A DNA stretch of 63,936 nucleotides, the filler included, from Ministeria vibrans ATCC 50519 (taxonomy: Eukaryota; Protista; Filasterea), in assembly GCA_943704425.1 (NCBI GenBank). It is 12 parts of 12 records of this genome, joined end to end, with 100 filler letters (N's around TTAATTAATTAA, not from the genome) between each part and the next. Parts side by side here need not be neighbours in the genome. Positions count along the whole stretch, not along the records: positions 1 to 1,939 come from CALSCP010001739.1; positions 2,040 to 6,878 come from CALSCP010001716.1; positions 6,979 to 8,765 come from CALSCP010002688.1; positions 8,866 to 11,285 come from CALSCP010001885.1; positions 11,386 to 16,478 come from CALSCP010000434.1; positions 16,579 to 19,194 come from CALSCP010002712.1; 6 more parts are not named here. One strand, 5' to 3'. The position numbers and the translations under genes are program-made. Numbering within the stretch: the stretch's first letter is position 1; each line of letters opens with the position of its first letter. Of this stretch, positions 1 to 18,289 are shown one piece after another. The notes under the pieces were generated by a model. The model was not told the origin of the DNA, made no database searches, and was given only the letters and a program-made list of their open reading frames with translations.

Positions 1-1700
1 CACCACCACCACCACCACCGCCGCCGCCGCCACCACCACCACCGCCGCCGCCAAGGACCAAAGGAGGAGCGGATTCTGGTGCAGGCAAGGCGTTGCTCCG
101 ACTACCCGACGGGCTCACAATGTGGAGGGAGGGCGTCGATAGACTGTCACCGAAGAACATGTGAGGCGCCATCGTGGGTGTCGAAGAGGACGTTTTCTTT
201 TCGGGGCCTGGTGGCGACACGGCCGATGGGCTCTTATCGTCGAGAACGTCCGGAGCAGTGTAACGTCGAAAGGTAGTGGACGCGTCCTTCGTGTTGAGCG
301 GAGTGGGAGGGGAAGCAGTGAGCGCAGCGGAGGAGGGCGCGAAGTCGTCGTCATCGTTGTCGGCTTCGACGTCCGTGTCGCATTCTTCGATGTCTTCTTG
401 CGGCGGAGGCGACGAGATTCCGGGCGTGCTGTGAGGCGGAGGTGACGAGAGCGAGTCTTGAGAGGCACGTCGCGTCGGCAAGGGTGCAAGGATGGTGTCG
501 CTAGAGTCGTGCACGGGGGGCAGCGACGTTAACGAGTGCGGGAGGTCTGAGCCACTAAAGTCTTCGTTTTCGCTGAGAGCCGAGCAAGGCGAGCAAGGGT
601 CATCAAGAACTGGTGAGACGGTGGACGGAAGAGTCCACTTGTGATGGTAGGATAGGGTGAAGCCATCAAGAGATTCGCTGGCTACCGACGACGGAGCGCG
701 TGCAGCGGAAGGGAGAGCGTCGTGACTGTAAGAGTGTTTGTTGTCGCCAGGCACCATGTCCATTAGACTGCGATTGCCAACGTTGAGCGATACAGACCGC
801 TGCGACACGAGACCATCGAGATCGGCGTCGTCCGACGAGGCGGCCGACGCCATGGCTAGTTTGGAGCCACTCTGGGTCTTGCGCGGGACGACACCAGAAG
901 AGGATTCGCCGGTGGGAAGGGAGAGTGCAGTCGAGGAGGATGGCGAAAAAACGGTCCAAAATTTGTTGGCAGTGCCGCCTGTCGTTGTCGTGTGAGCGGA
1001 AAAATTGGGAATGGTATTTGTGCTTGAGGCAGATCCGGTTGCCGAAGATGTCGCAGCTGCAATGGAGCCACGCGCTCCCGAGGAGGAATGGGGACGATCC
1101 TTCTTCTTTTTGCCCGCACGCTTGCCGGCGAGACGAAAGCGATAATAGTTTGTGAGCGAGTCCTTGAAGGGCGCCTTGTCGCCAATGTGCGAGAGGACCT
1201 CGCCGGTGACGAGACGTTGACCAATCGCAAGGGCGCCGCTGCGCGACCAAGCGGCGCCTGTAATGACCATGAGTAGTACTAGGTCGCGACCCGTGATGCA
1301 GTTGGCGTAGGTACGAAAGCGATGGCGCCGCTCGCGCAGCACACACGATTCGGAGAGACTCGCCAGGCGGAAGAGGTGGTTGCCGAGACTGTGAAGCATT
1401 TCGGGGGTGACAGGCTGCAACGATGTCGCTATCGTGTCCTTCTTGCCTGGCGCGTGCGCCCCTTGCCCCTGCCCCTGCTGGTGGTGGTGTTGCTGCTTTT
1501 CCCTCTGTTGGTCCAGCACCGTCTGTATTTGCATCTCGTGGTGCACATTCTTGCCGCCGTTACCTGCGGTCGTCGCTTCGCCATTCTCGCTCAGGGTGGG
1601 GTCGGCCAGACACGAATCAAGACTCTGGAGTCGCCGGACAACGGCGGGGAGGGCAGAAAGAGAGGGTGTGGCGAGGAAGTTAGAGGGCCGTTTGCACTGG
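1..1700 (-). CDS. DEP-domain protein with long Ser/Pro/Gly-rich low-complexity region (3' truncated at window edge; 5' end uncertain)
   Basis: A minus-strand frame is open from ~1700 to base 1. It is missing from the ORF track, presumably because it has no stop in the window. ~1400-1135 reads LRERRHRFRTYANCITGRDLVLLMVITGAAWSRSGALAIGQRLVTGEVLSHIGDKAPFKDSLTNYYRF, which fits the DEP consensus. Confidence 0.75.
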
Positions 1701-1939
1701 CGGAGGGTCACAACAGAAAAAAATTCTCAAAGACGTAACAATAATAATAATAATAATAATAATTATTATAAATTATTTTGGAATTACAACAAAAGGAAAA
1801 AGGAAAAAAAAAGAACAAAAAATGGGAGAGTGAAGCTAGGAAGCGGGAAAGGATGAGCAGGGGTGTATTCGTGTGAATGGGGAGGAGGGAAGGCAGAAGG
1901 AAGTCGGCGTCGTCCAACGGAAGAGTTCTTTTTTTTTTT

Positions 1940-2039
1940 NNNNNNNNNNNNNNNNNNNNNNNNNNNNNNNNNNNNNNNNNNNNTTAATTAATTAANNNNN
2001 NNNNNNNNNNNNNNNNNNNNNNNNNNNNNNNNNNNNNNN
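1940..2039. other. Artificial contig linker N44-TTAATTAATTAA-N44 (also at 6879-6978, 8766-8865, 11286-11385, 16479-16578, 19195-19294, 30211-30310, 41905-42004, 44550-44649, 56644-56743, 62810-62909)
   Basis: The same 100-nt block occurs 11 times with a six-frame stop core, and genes are truncated at these points. Confidence 0.99.
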
Positions 2040-2096
<57 letters not shown>

Positions 2097-2189
2097 ATAG
2101 AGAGAGAAAGAAACAAAGGGATAGAGAGAGAGAAAACGTGATACGAAAAGAAACAAAATGATAGAGAGAAATGAAAGAGGCAGAAGAAT

Positions 2190-5823
<3,634 letters not shown>

Positions 5824-5918
5824 CTAAGAAAACCGGAGAATAAGGTATATGAGCGACAGACATCACAGACAGAAACAAAGTGATACAGACAGAAACAAAG
5901 AGATACAGATAGAGAACG

Positions 5919-6013
<95 letters not shown>

Positions 6014-6138
6014 TAGATAGATAGAAAGCAATTAAGTATACTATATCTAATTATTATTATTATAATAATTATAATAATTATTATAATATATATGCGTGTG
6101 TGTGGGCGTGAATAGCATCGGAGAGTGTGTTGGCGTAC

Positions 6139-6768
6139 CGACAAGGATTGGTGGCAAAGACGGCTGTCTTGACTTTCGCAAGCACAGCATCGGCAATTGG
6201 GGTGGGCAATGGGGGTCGCGGGAGAACGTTGCCAGGTGAGCCGGGATCGTGTGTGGACGGAACAAAAATGAATCGAGTGCCAGTGTCGATTTGAAACGAC
6301 GCAATCAGTGTTGCGAGTTGTTGGAATCCCGCTGAAAAAGTGAGCAAGTGAGCGGGTGAGTAAGTGAGTGAGTAAGTGAGTGAGTAAGTAAGCGAATAAG
6401 TATATGGGTGAATGAATGTATGTGTGGGCTTGGTTTATGTGCTTAGTGTGTGTACTGAGAGTGTGTGCGTGTGTTCACATGTGTACGAGGAACAGAGTGT
6501 GAATACATGAGAAAGTGAAAGTATACCTTTGAGTCTGGCGTATGAATCGTTTCCATAGGAACGGCTGAGGAAGGGCCCACAAATAAGAAAAGCACAGGGA
6601 AACGCGGTTTGACTGAACCCAGTGAGAATCAGGCGAAAGCGCTCGAGGGAGTCGGGTGAGTCGACAAAGAGCGATGCGATAAAGGGAAGCATTGCATCTT
6701 CATTGGTACGCTCCAGCTGCTGCACTTCAGTGCGCTGCAGTTGCGCAAAAGCATTCGGGAAACATTGG
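6139..6768 (-). CDS. POLE2: DNA polymerase epsilon subunit 2 (Dpb2), two internal exons only
   Basis: Exons 6768-6527 and 6331-6139 give LERTNEDAM...LERFRLILTGFSQTAFPCAFLICGPF and TRFIFVPSTHDPGSPGNVLPRPPLP...AVFATNPCR. These match the POLE2 motifs RFVFVPGPEDPG...LPRPPL...TTNPCR. Confidence 0.85.
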
Positions 6769-6770
6769 CT

Positions 6771-6878
<108 letters not shown>

Positions 6879-7726
6879 NNNNNNNNNNNNNNNNNNNNNN
6901 NNNNNNNNNNNNNNNNNNNNNNTTAATTAATTAANNNNNNNNNNNNNNNNNNNNNNNNNNNNNNNNNNNNNNNNNNNNGCGCCCTGAAAAAAAAAACAAA
7001 AAAAAAAAAAAGAATTGAACCGGTCAAATGGTGAGTGTGCAATTTGATAGGTAAGTTTAGATAACACACACTCTCTGGACCGGTTCAAAATAAAGGACAC
7101 TCAAATGTGCTCTTTGTGACTAAATTGAAAAAACAAAAAGCGATTTTGCGACGTATAATTTTGCGACGAATGTGCGACGAAACTCAAGCAAGTATTTAAT
7201 TTAATTTGATCCTGAAGGAGAAATAATATATATAAATGAGAGACGGTATAGAAAGATAGAATGTGTTTGCTAGCAGCGCAATGGTAATAATAATAACTGT
7301 GTGAAGCATCAAAAATAATATTATTCCCACCCCAGCGACAAAAAAAAAACAGAACAAAAAAAAAAAGAGAGGAACTGGACAAATAATGAGTGTGCTGAGA
7401 GAATGAAGTTCGGAAGATCTTGGATAAAGCACACCCTCCGGACCAGTTCGAAATGCAATTTCCTAATAAGTGATATTTGTACTGAAGGTAAAATTGAAAA
7501 AGTGATCATAATTATCACGCATTGATGACGAAGCAATTTTTAAAGATGAAACCATTGTGCGAAAAATGAATGGAAAATCAGGCAAGTGAATCGGAAAGAA
7601 AGGGGGGGAGATTTAGTAAGGAAGGTGATAGAATGTTCAAATGAAAGCACCCTCTGATTAAGAATTCAAAATGAACAGAGCGAAAAAAAAAAAAAAAAAA
7701 AAAAAAGTCATAAAATATTTTCGTAC

Positions 7727-8650
7727 TTGGAGGGGAAGTAGAATAAGGGAGATGCGATTGGAGCAAACGGCCGACTCAAAAGCGTTGCGTGAGAGCGCGT
7801 AGAGGTGGCCCTCCGTGCGGTAGGTGGCAAGGAAGAGCCCCTGAGAACGCTGCTCCTCCATGGCCACAATGGAGGGGCTGCCGGCACTGCGGCTCGTGGC
7901 GATGGGGACGAGCTCGTAGGTGGTGGGGAACTCATGGGTGAGCATGCGGGCGAGAGTGCGTTTTCCGGAGGCGGGTGGGCCGGTGAGCACGAGAGGACGT
8001 CTCATGGTGCGACGCCGTGCTGTGAAGGTGCAGCTGGGGCGCAGGCGCTGCCGATGGTCCACTGCGTGTGCGGTGTTGTATGCGTGGTCGAGTGCTGCTG
8101 CGGTGTGTAGTGACGGTGTGAAGTGATTGGTTGCTGCCGTCTTGATGACTGCGTCGAGCACGCGACCGCTGAGCGAGCTCAGCTGTGGCAGACACAGTGC
8201 GACGGCGAGCTGCCAGTCGGGTGCCCTCTCGATGGGGTTTCCGCGCAGGTCTAGGCTGCGCAGGAGAGCATGGTGTCTCACATGCTTGAGTTCAGTAAGC
8301 TCCAAGATGTCGTTGTGGGCCAGAGAGAGGTGCGTCAGGACCGGATGGTGTCCGTCGAGGCCGCGCAAGCTTGTCAATCGGTTGTGCGCTACGTGCAGCT
8401 CGGTGAGTTCATCGAGTCTGTCGAGGCACTCTAGTTGTTCCAGGAGATTATGGTCCAGATCAAGCACAGTGAGTGGGGGAGCTTTCGACGCCAGGTTGAC
8501 GTGCTTGATGGCACTGATTGAATTGTGTGCGGCAAGTAAATGACGCAAAGCTTGTGCGTGTGCCAACGACGCCGAAAGCAGCTCAGTGAGAGCATTGTGT
8601 GACACATTGAGCGTGTGTAGCAGTGGAAAGCAACTCAAATCGTCGTTGAC
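7727..8650 (-). CDS. LRGUK: Leucine-rich repeat + guanylate kinase domain protein (ciliary), partial
   Basis: SDS22-type LRRs (LxxLDLxHN) and an LRR cap (LDLRGNPIE), followed by a GK P-loop RPLVLTGPPASGKRTLARML. Confidence 0.8.
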
Positions 8651-8865
8651 GCTGGTGTGTGTGGTATGTGTGTGAATTTTTCATTTCAAATACTAAAAAT
8701 TCAATCTTCGATTTTCATTTTAATATTTTCATTCATGCTCAACAGAATTGTGTATCTTCAAATTCNNNNNNNNNNNNNNNNNNNNNNNNNNNNNNNNNNN
8801 NNNNNNNNNTTAATTAATTAANNNNNNNNNNNNNNNNNNNNNNNNNNNNNNNNNNNNNNNNNNNN

Positions 8866-8958
<93 letters not shown>
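8866..8958. repeat. (AAT)n microsatellite
   Basis: About 30 perfect AAT units at a contig end. Confidence 0.95.
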
Positions 8959-9009
8959 TATAGTGTGTCTATTGCTTGTCCCGTGTTGCTGTGAGGTTCT
9001 CTTTTGTAC

Positions 9010-10995
9010 CTGAAATGATTCTTGTAATGGAATGGACGCAACTTCATGGTAGCCATCGTCGCGGTACTGACGTCGTCGTGCTCGCCTATCGGGAAAGAAT
9101 AAAATTGGTATTAGTATTGTGATGTGGTGTAGGTGTGTTGTTTACCGAGAGTGCTCACGCTCGTAGTAGGAGTCGTCAGAGACCACTCCGTCGTCGTAGT
9201 CGTCGTATGCTTCCTCGACTGCGCGCTCTTGTCCACGCGACTTCTTTGTCGGCGAGCCAACTAACGAGTAAAAAAGAATCGTTCATCAGAAAAATGAGAG
9301 ATTTGTGTGTTGCGCGCGTACGACTCTTCTTGAGTGGCTTTGACCCATATTCGAGCTCCTCGTCCCCGTCACCAAGATCCTCGTCGTCGTCGTCCTCAGC
9401 AATAATGCGTTTCTTCTTCAGCTTGCGTCGTGTGCCCACATCATCATCGTCGTCAAAAGCAGCCTATTGGCAACACACATTGAATGTTGGGTGAGAAACT
9501 GCAATGTACACTGTTGGCAATCTCGCCACCTCAAGATCTTTGGTCGATGAAGACGGCGCTCCCGCACTCGGTTCCGTGAATCCGCCGCTTGGCACGACAT
9601 TTTCCCACAGAGAAAAGTGTCCTGTTGCGTCCGCCTGAAAACACCAAAAGGAAATTTAGACACAACACAAACAGAGACAGATATAGAGTAAAACAAGAGA
9701 GAAAAGGTTTAAGTCACACACTTGACGCTTTGAGTGCAATACCCAAGCAATGGCGTTTCCCGTGGGATGCCAAGCAAGTCCCGTGATTGCTGTGCCTTTG
9801 TCGTGCTTGAAGCGATCGAGCGTGTCACGACGCTACATATACATAATCATATACTTAGTGTCGGTCCTATCTTTCGCCGTGTCTCTCTATCACATTGTTC
9901 TTTCTCTCTCTTGTCTCCTCACTCTCTCAAACACACTCTCTCAAACTGTCTTACAAGAGTCTCCCAGACAAGAATCTCGCCAGTGACGCTAGCACTGGTA
10001 AGGTAAGCACCGTTGGGTGACCAGGCAAGCACAGAGACGTCGTGACGGTGTCCGTCGTCCTTGAACGAGTAGGCGACGGTCCACGAGTCACGCTCAATCA
10101 CATGTACCTCTGGAGAGCAAATCGGGTAATGAGAAGAGTAAAAGAAAATAATAAAAGAACAAAACGATAGCAAGAAAAACAAAATAATTACCTCGGCCAA
10201 CTGGAACAGCAATGTGCGAGCCAGTCGGGTGCCAGGCAATTCGGCAGCGCGTCAACGAACTACACACATCAGTACATCTGAGCACTCTCGTCTTCTTCGC
10301 CTTCACATTCAGTTTTACGCATTGTCGGCACATCGCGAAAGAATGGGCAGTGTCTTGACACATGTGCGCTCAGTGACGCTCCAGATTTTGATGCTTCCGT
10401 CGCAAGAGGCACTTGCCTGTTTCAAGACGAGACACATCAACGAAAACAAAAAAAAACAACAAAAACTCGAGCTCTTACGACAAAATCACCATTGGGATCG
10501 TAGGCAACGGAGCGAATGGGTCCCTCGTGACCACTCAGAATCTGAAACTCGGCCACATTGATGGTGCTCACCACCTTGACAACATGTTCGCTACACACAC
10601 ACACCCCCAGACAAACAAGAGTTAGACACGCCGCTCGACAATTCCGTCTGTCTCCTTACTCTCCACCACATACGAGTGACGTGCCCGAGCCGTTGAAGGA
10701 GACGCAGCGGGCGGGCAGAGCAAAGCGCGTCACATAGTCTTCAAAGTCACCTTTGGGAAAACTAAAAAGTCGGAGCAACAACAATAAGGAGAAGAATACA
10801 CGCATTGCAGGATCACACATGAACCATACCTGTGAATGGCAACAGTGTTGTTGTTGCTGCAGCTTGCTAGCTTGTCGCCATGGATGGCAATGGCGGTCAC
10901 GGCCTCGTCGTGAAAATCAATCGTTTTTGCGTCGCTGTCGCCGAAACCATCAAAGACGAGGATGTGTCCTTCACTTCCACACGTAGATATAAACC
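9010..10995 (-). CDS. WDHD1: WDHD1/AND-1/Ctf4 N-terminal WD40 propeller and acidic linker, partial
   Basis: Exons give FISTCGSEGHILVFDGFGDSD, VTRFALPARCVSFNGSG, GHEGPIRSVAYDPNG, ASCDGSIKIW, IAWHPTGSHIAVPV and LAWSPNGAYL. An acidic linker follows, ending PLQESFQ (cf. the QKPFQ motif before the SepB domain). Confidence 0.8.
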
Positions 10996-11584
10996 TATAC
11001 CAACGTGTCACAGGTAAGCCGGCGACAATGGCGTACGACAAGCGGAACTGTCGGACGCTTGTCTTTTGCGCGCCAAAATCAAAAAAAAACCAAAAAAAGG
11101 AGTTTTTGGTTTTTCACAAACGAAATGCAGTTCTCAGGCACAGTCAACGTGATGCAATGTGTCAACACAAGACTAGTTCGGGTAAAACGGGAACACACGA
11201 GCACAGACGAAGAGAGAGAGAGAGAGGAGAGGGGAAGTTCTGTTTCGTTGCAAAAACTGTCCCGTCGGCTACGAGTGCACCCAGGNNNNNNNNNNNNNNN
11301 NNNNNNNNNNNNNNNNNNNNNNNNNNNNNTTAATTAATTAANNNNNNNNNNNNNNNNNNNNNNNNNNNNNNNNNNNNNNNNNNNNCTTTACCCGGTACTT
11401 TTTTTTTTTTTCTGTTTTCTTGTACGAACTTGCACTTACCGACGCATTTTATATCTGCTTTGTAGCTGCCTTTAGCGCTCCTCAGGAAATTGACTTTTCA
11501 TACCAGCCAGACAGTGCTTCAGGTACAACATGTGAACCAGAACCAAAAAACAATACCATGCTAAAAACATCCCTTTCTTCTTAG

Positions 11585-12102
11585 TGAGATCAACACCCTC
11601 CAAGGAGCACCGTCTCAAGAAACAGCGCAAAAGAAAAGACACCCACAATGCGAGTACGTAACAAACCCTACGCACACGTGTACATCACTGAGTATCATCA
11701 GTGTATCTCACGCATGTCACTCAGTGTCATAAATACCTCACTCGAACTGCATCTCGCTCTTATATGCAACTCTAACTTTTCTTTTTTATTCCGGCGTCAG
11801 TTGAGCGACGGAGACGGTACACCATCAACGACCGCATCACTGAACTGGGAACACTGCTCCCCGCCAGCTCCGAGCGCCCCTCCAAGGGCACCATTCTTAC
11901 CCGGTCCGTTGCGCACATGCGCCATCTCATGGCGCAGAACCACCGTTACACACACCAGCTGTCCTTCCTGCGCCAGCACATTCCTAACCTTGATACCATC
12001 CTCGCCCAAATGCCCCCCACCGACACTTCCATGTATGACTACCCGCCCCCATCTTCGTCCGCCACCCCACAGCTTTCCGACGAAGACGACCTCTCCGACT
12101 GA
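11585..12102 (+). CDS. MITF: MiT/TFE-family bHLH(-ZIP) transcription factor, 3' part (not in ORF track because split by an intron)
   Basis: Exons 11585-11653 and 11801-12102 give [54 protein letters not shown]. Compare MITF/TFE3 [28 protein letters not shown]...NKGTILKASVDYIRKL. Confidence 0.85.
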
Positions 12103-12182
12103 CCCACATTATACCCCATCCTTCTCTCCTTCTCTCTTGACTCAACTCATCTTCATTGCAACCTTTTTAATTTTTTTTTGCA

Positions 12183-14016
12183 CTAAATCTTGCACACGAC
12201 CTTGCCAATGTTCTCACTGGCAAACAGCTTCATGAAGGCCGCAGGAATATTGTTAAACCCTTCCACAACTGTCTCCTGCACAAACGAAGTCCCAATGTCA
12301 ACCGAGTGTCGAAAGTCGAGTGACGCGCACCATTTTTGCTGTTTCTCATACCTTGGCTTTGACTGTACCGTCGCGGATGTGCTGGGCCATGGCAGACAAG
12401 CCTTCGCCCCACCGCGACAGGTACGTGACACTGACGATGAACCCGCGCACTGTCACTTGCTTGGTCAGAATCTACATGATTATACCAAGTGAGTTGGTGT
12501 GAGCTATAGTATGAGTCAACTGCAAATGATTGAGTAGAGGGCATGTTGTATGCGAGGTGGTGTGCCTGCAGGTTTCTTACAGTGCCGATCATGCTGAAGT
12601 TCTCGTCGACGTACTTCTGTCCGTTGTACTCGGCGATGCATCCGCATACTGCCACACGCGCCTTGGTGTTCAGCTGCTTGAACACATTGGTGCCGACGAA
12701 TCCACCAACATTCTCACTGAAACAAATAACATCCCATGTTAGTGTGTGAAGGGACGTCTACTGCTCCGCGAGTGATTCGTACAAATACATGTCGATGCCG
12801 TTGGGACACGCTGCCTTCAGGGCCGTGGAAAACTCATCTGGAGTAGTCTATACAGTCGAGTCAGTCACCCAGAGGCAGACACATCGAGAAGGGTGTGTGA
12901 ACAACATGTGTGTGTGTGTGTGTGTGTACATATGTACATGTAGGTATAAATATTATATATATGTGTGGCTTACGCGGTGCAGCACCACTTCATCAACACC
13001 CAGTTCCTTCAGCACAGCTCCCTTCTCTGCCGTCGAAGTAATGCCCACGACGCGGCAACCCTAATGAGATGTCACAAATCGTTACTCCACATGTGCAAGA
13101 AAGATAAATAACTTACGGCGGCCTTGCCCAGCTGACACACAACGCTACCAACAGCACCGGCAGCCGCAGAGACAACCATGGTCTCGCCCGCCACTGGCTG
13201 CAGAATATCCGTCGTACCAAAGTAGCTGTTGAAAAGAACAGAGCAAATTCAAAACAAAATCCCACTTCTGCGTCCAACAATGTGATCTTACGCTGTGTTG
13301 CCCGGCATGCCCACCACACCCAGTGCAAGAGACTGAGGCACATCGGCCGGAAGCGTGTAGTTGATGCGGCAGCGACCCTACACACATACAAGTCAGTCCA
13401 CCACCCTCTGAGCAGTTGTAACGCAGATAACGTTGTGCATGATTACATTGCTACCGTCGGCGTTGCCCAGATAGTGTGTCGTCCACATTCCTAAACACAA
13501 ACCAAGCACCGGCCGTGCGTTCAGTGCGCTTCCTCGTCTGTGTGCGCGCGTCGTCTTTTAGTCCTACCGGCACCCGACACGACTGCGCCCACTGGAAAGC
13601 GCTCGTCACGGCTCTCAATGACCTTGCCAATCGACTCGCCGCCCACAGGCTGTGTCAAGGCAAAGGATGGAACATACGAACCGGTCAAGCCGGACATTCG
13701 ACCGCGCACTGGGGAGAACGAAGAAGAAGAAGAAGAAGAGGAAGAAGAAGAAGAGAAAGATGACAATCAAAACAAACACAGTCGATCTGACTGTCTCAAG
13801 AACGACGCTTACTGTACGGATCAACCGTCACATACGTGTTCTCCACAACCACATCGCCGTCTTCGGACGCCGTAGGAATGGCGCCTTCGACAACCTACGT
13901 CGAGACACGACTGAGTAAAGCGCCGCTCACTTGGCGGCGCATTGGTGCCCCACCTTGAAGTCATCGGGCGTGGGAAAGGTCGTCAGATAGTTTTTGAGGA
14001 ACCAGGACTTGGACAT
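12183..14016 (-). CDS. PTGR1: NADP-dependent prostaglandin reductase / alkenal double-bond reductase (MDR family)
   Basis: Multi-exon gene: VTVDPYMRGRM, ALGVVGMPGNT, VVSAAAGAVGSVVCQLG, ACPNGIDMY-ENVGG, RVAVCGCIAEYN, ETVVEGFNNIPAAFMKLFASENIGKVVCKI*. Confidence 0.9.
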
Positions 14017-14333
14017 GGTGATGGATGTTGGATGGTGTATTGCTGTAGCGGACTCACTAGGAAAATAAATGTTACCAAAAAGATTACGACGAGTAATGAA
14101 TAATAATCGTTAAGACTGAAAGGTGACGGAAGAAGTAATTTATCAATGATCTGAGGTGCGCCAGTCAACGAAACACTGGACGGGCGGACAGGCCTGAAGA
14201 ATGAAGATCTGGACTCTGCCTCACTCTGGAGTGGCTCCGGCCTCCGAGACCCAAGGTCTGTCCGTCAGACGTGTGTCCAATAGATCATGAATCACAAATT
14301 CACAATTATTATTGATTATTTGAAATTTGTGTG

Positions 14334-15297
14334 ATGCTGGCCGGGAGACGCGCGGTTCTGACAGGCAGCACAAGTGGTATTGGGCTTGCAATGGCCCGGC
14401 GGCTGGCTAAAAACGGCGCAGCGATCGTCCTCAATGGGTTTGGAGCGCCGGATGAGATTGAGGCAACGCGCAGCTCAATCGAGAAAGAATCGGGTGTGCG
14501 CGTCGAATTCATCCACGCCGACTTGTCCAAGCGTGATGAGGTTCACCAACTCATCGCCACATCCATTGACCGTCTCGGCGGCGTCGATATTTTAGGTGAG
14601 AAAAAGTCGTTGTAGGAAAATATAAGATCTGACTCAAATGTATGATCCAGTCAACAACGCCGGCATCCAGCACGTCGCACCCGTCCACGCCTATCCCGAC
14701 GACACCTACGACAAGCTCATGGCGATCAACCTTCATGCGGTCTTTCACGCGTCGAAAGCTGTTCTGCCGGGAATGATTGAACGGCGCTGGGGACGCATTA
14801 TCTCGACTGCGTCTGTCCACGGACTTGTGGCGTACGACGCGGGATACCAAGCAGGCACCTTTTATTCATGCATGAGTACACTTGTAGGTCCAGGGACAAG
14901 GCACCGTATTGCGCCAGTAAGCACGGCGTCGTCGGCTTCACCAAGTCTCTTGCTCTCGAGACGGCCGGCTCCGGCATCACCTGCAACGCCATCTGTCCTG
15001 GCTTTGTCAAAACGCCTCTCCTCGACGCCCAAGTACGACCCCAGAATACCCCTCGTTGACTAAGGGCTGTTCTTATGTGCGCGTGTGTGTATGTTTGCGT
15101 AGATTGTGGCGTCGGCGCAAAAGGCAGGCGTGACAGTGGAAGAGGGCGAGCGTGTGTTGCTGGGTCCTAAGCAGCCCTCGATGCAGTTTGTGACGGGCGA
15201 CCAACTGGGTGACTTCTGTGTGTTTCTGTGCTCAGATGCGGCCGCCCAGATGACGGGCACTGCACTCCCGATGGACGGTGGGTGGACCGCGCAGTAG
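14334..15297 (+). CDS. D-3-hydroxybutyrate dehydrogenase, bacterial-type SDR; 3 introns
   Basis: [53 protein letters not shown] (YxxxK), [21 protein letters not shown]. Confidence 0.92.
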
Positions 15298-15551
15298 ACT
15301 CGTTGGCTTTGTGTCATGGCAAATCCGAAGTAGAAGTGTACAAAATCGACCCTTTTTTGATTCTTCGTTTCAGTTCTTCTTTTTCGCCCTCCAAACTTTG
15401 TGAGGCAGATCTCACAATTCGTAGTATCGCAATTTACATACGTATGAAATCAACCTCATCTTTGGGCCATCCATTTATATTCCTCAAATTCAGATCTTTG
15501 AAACTTTTAGTCTTCCACTAATTTTATTAATATTCATCATATTTACCCCCA

Positions 15552-16076
15552 ATGTCATCATATTCGATCGTCGTCAGCCCCATCGACGAGGGATGGGTGC
15601 GCAGTCGAGCGAGAATTCCCGACAGTCAAAATATTCGTATGCACGTCTCTGAAATGTGCATTTGAGAGTCATATCTCATCTCCCTCCTCAGATCACGTGT
15701 CGTCTCTTGCTCTACCGGGTACCCACGAAGAGAAAATTGGAGACCTGGCCATGGCCTTGGTGAATTTCACTCGACTCAAGGTACACACAACTCTGTGAGA
15801 TTCAAATAACATAACTTGTGTGTCTTTGCACAGGAACTTGATTTGAGCTCAAATGAGATCCGCCGACTCGACGGGCTCGTGCACTTGTCATCATTAGAAG
15901 TGCTCAAGATGTAAGCGAGCGGCTGCGTGTGTGTGCGTTTGTGTGTGTGTGTGAGTCGCTGATCCTCATTGTGTGTTTGTCCAACAGCAACAACAATCGC
16001 ATTGAGTCAACCAAAGAGCTGCTGAAACTCGCTCCACTCCTCTCTCTACGCGTATGCCAACACACACACACACACA

Positions 16077-16162
<86 letters not shown>

Positions 16163-16400
16163 CTTTCTCTCCACGAGAAGAAATGCCATCTCCAACGCAG
16201 TGCATGTAGGATCTTCATGTTGCCGGCAATCCGTTTGTGTCGCACACTCCTGAGTGTCGCACTGTCATTGCGCGTCTTCTCCCCCAACTGCGCTCTCTTG
16301 GTACTCACAACCCCTTCATCCTCATTTGACCAGTCATTCATACGTAAATATATATAACATCTGTTTAGACGGCGCATCTCTTGATCGGGACTCACTCTTT
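15552..16400 (+). CDS. CEP72: CEP72/LRRC36-like centrosomal LRR protein, 5' part
   Basis: Exons give IDEGWVRSRARI, VSSLALPGTHEEKIGDLAMALVNFTRLKELDLSSN and GNPFVSHTPECRTVIARLLPQLRSL. Compare CEP72 SLSIPGTYQEKITHLG...LKSLDLSRN. Confidence 0.75.
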
Positions 16401-16624
16401 ACCACTTTGAAATTCGACTCGTCTTTGAAACACAGTCACTCTCAACGGTACCTCAACCCCCCTCCCCCCCCCTCCCCCNNNNNNNNNNNNNNNNNNNNNN
16501 NNNNNNNNNNNNNNNNNNNNNNTTAATTAATTAANNNNNNNNNNNNNNNNNNNNNNNNNNNNNNNNNNNNNNNNNNNNTAATAATTTTATTATTTAATTA
16601 TTATTATTCAAGATTGGGTCTGAC

Positions 16625-18218
<1,594 letters not shown>

Positions 18219-18289
18219 TCACTTGAGTCTTGAGCGATCGCGAATAATTAATAATAATGTTTCAATAGTCAGATTCTTTCTTTGTCGAC

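Noticed and set aside
6979-7650. AT-rich stretch with short TGCGACG repeats as a possible ncRNA or further LRGUK exons
   Set aside because: No recognisable RNA fold or protein motif by eye.
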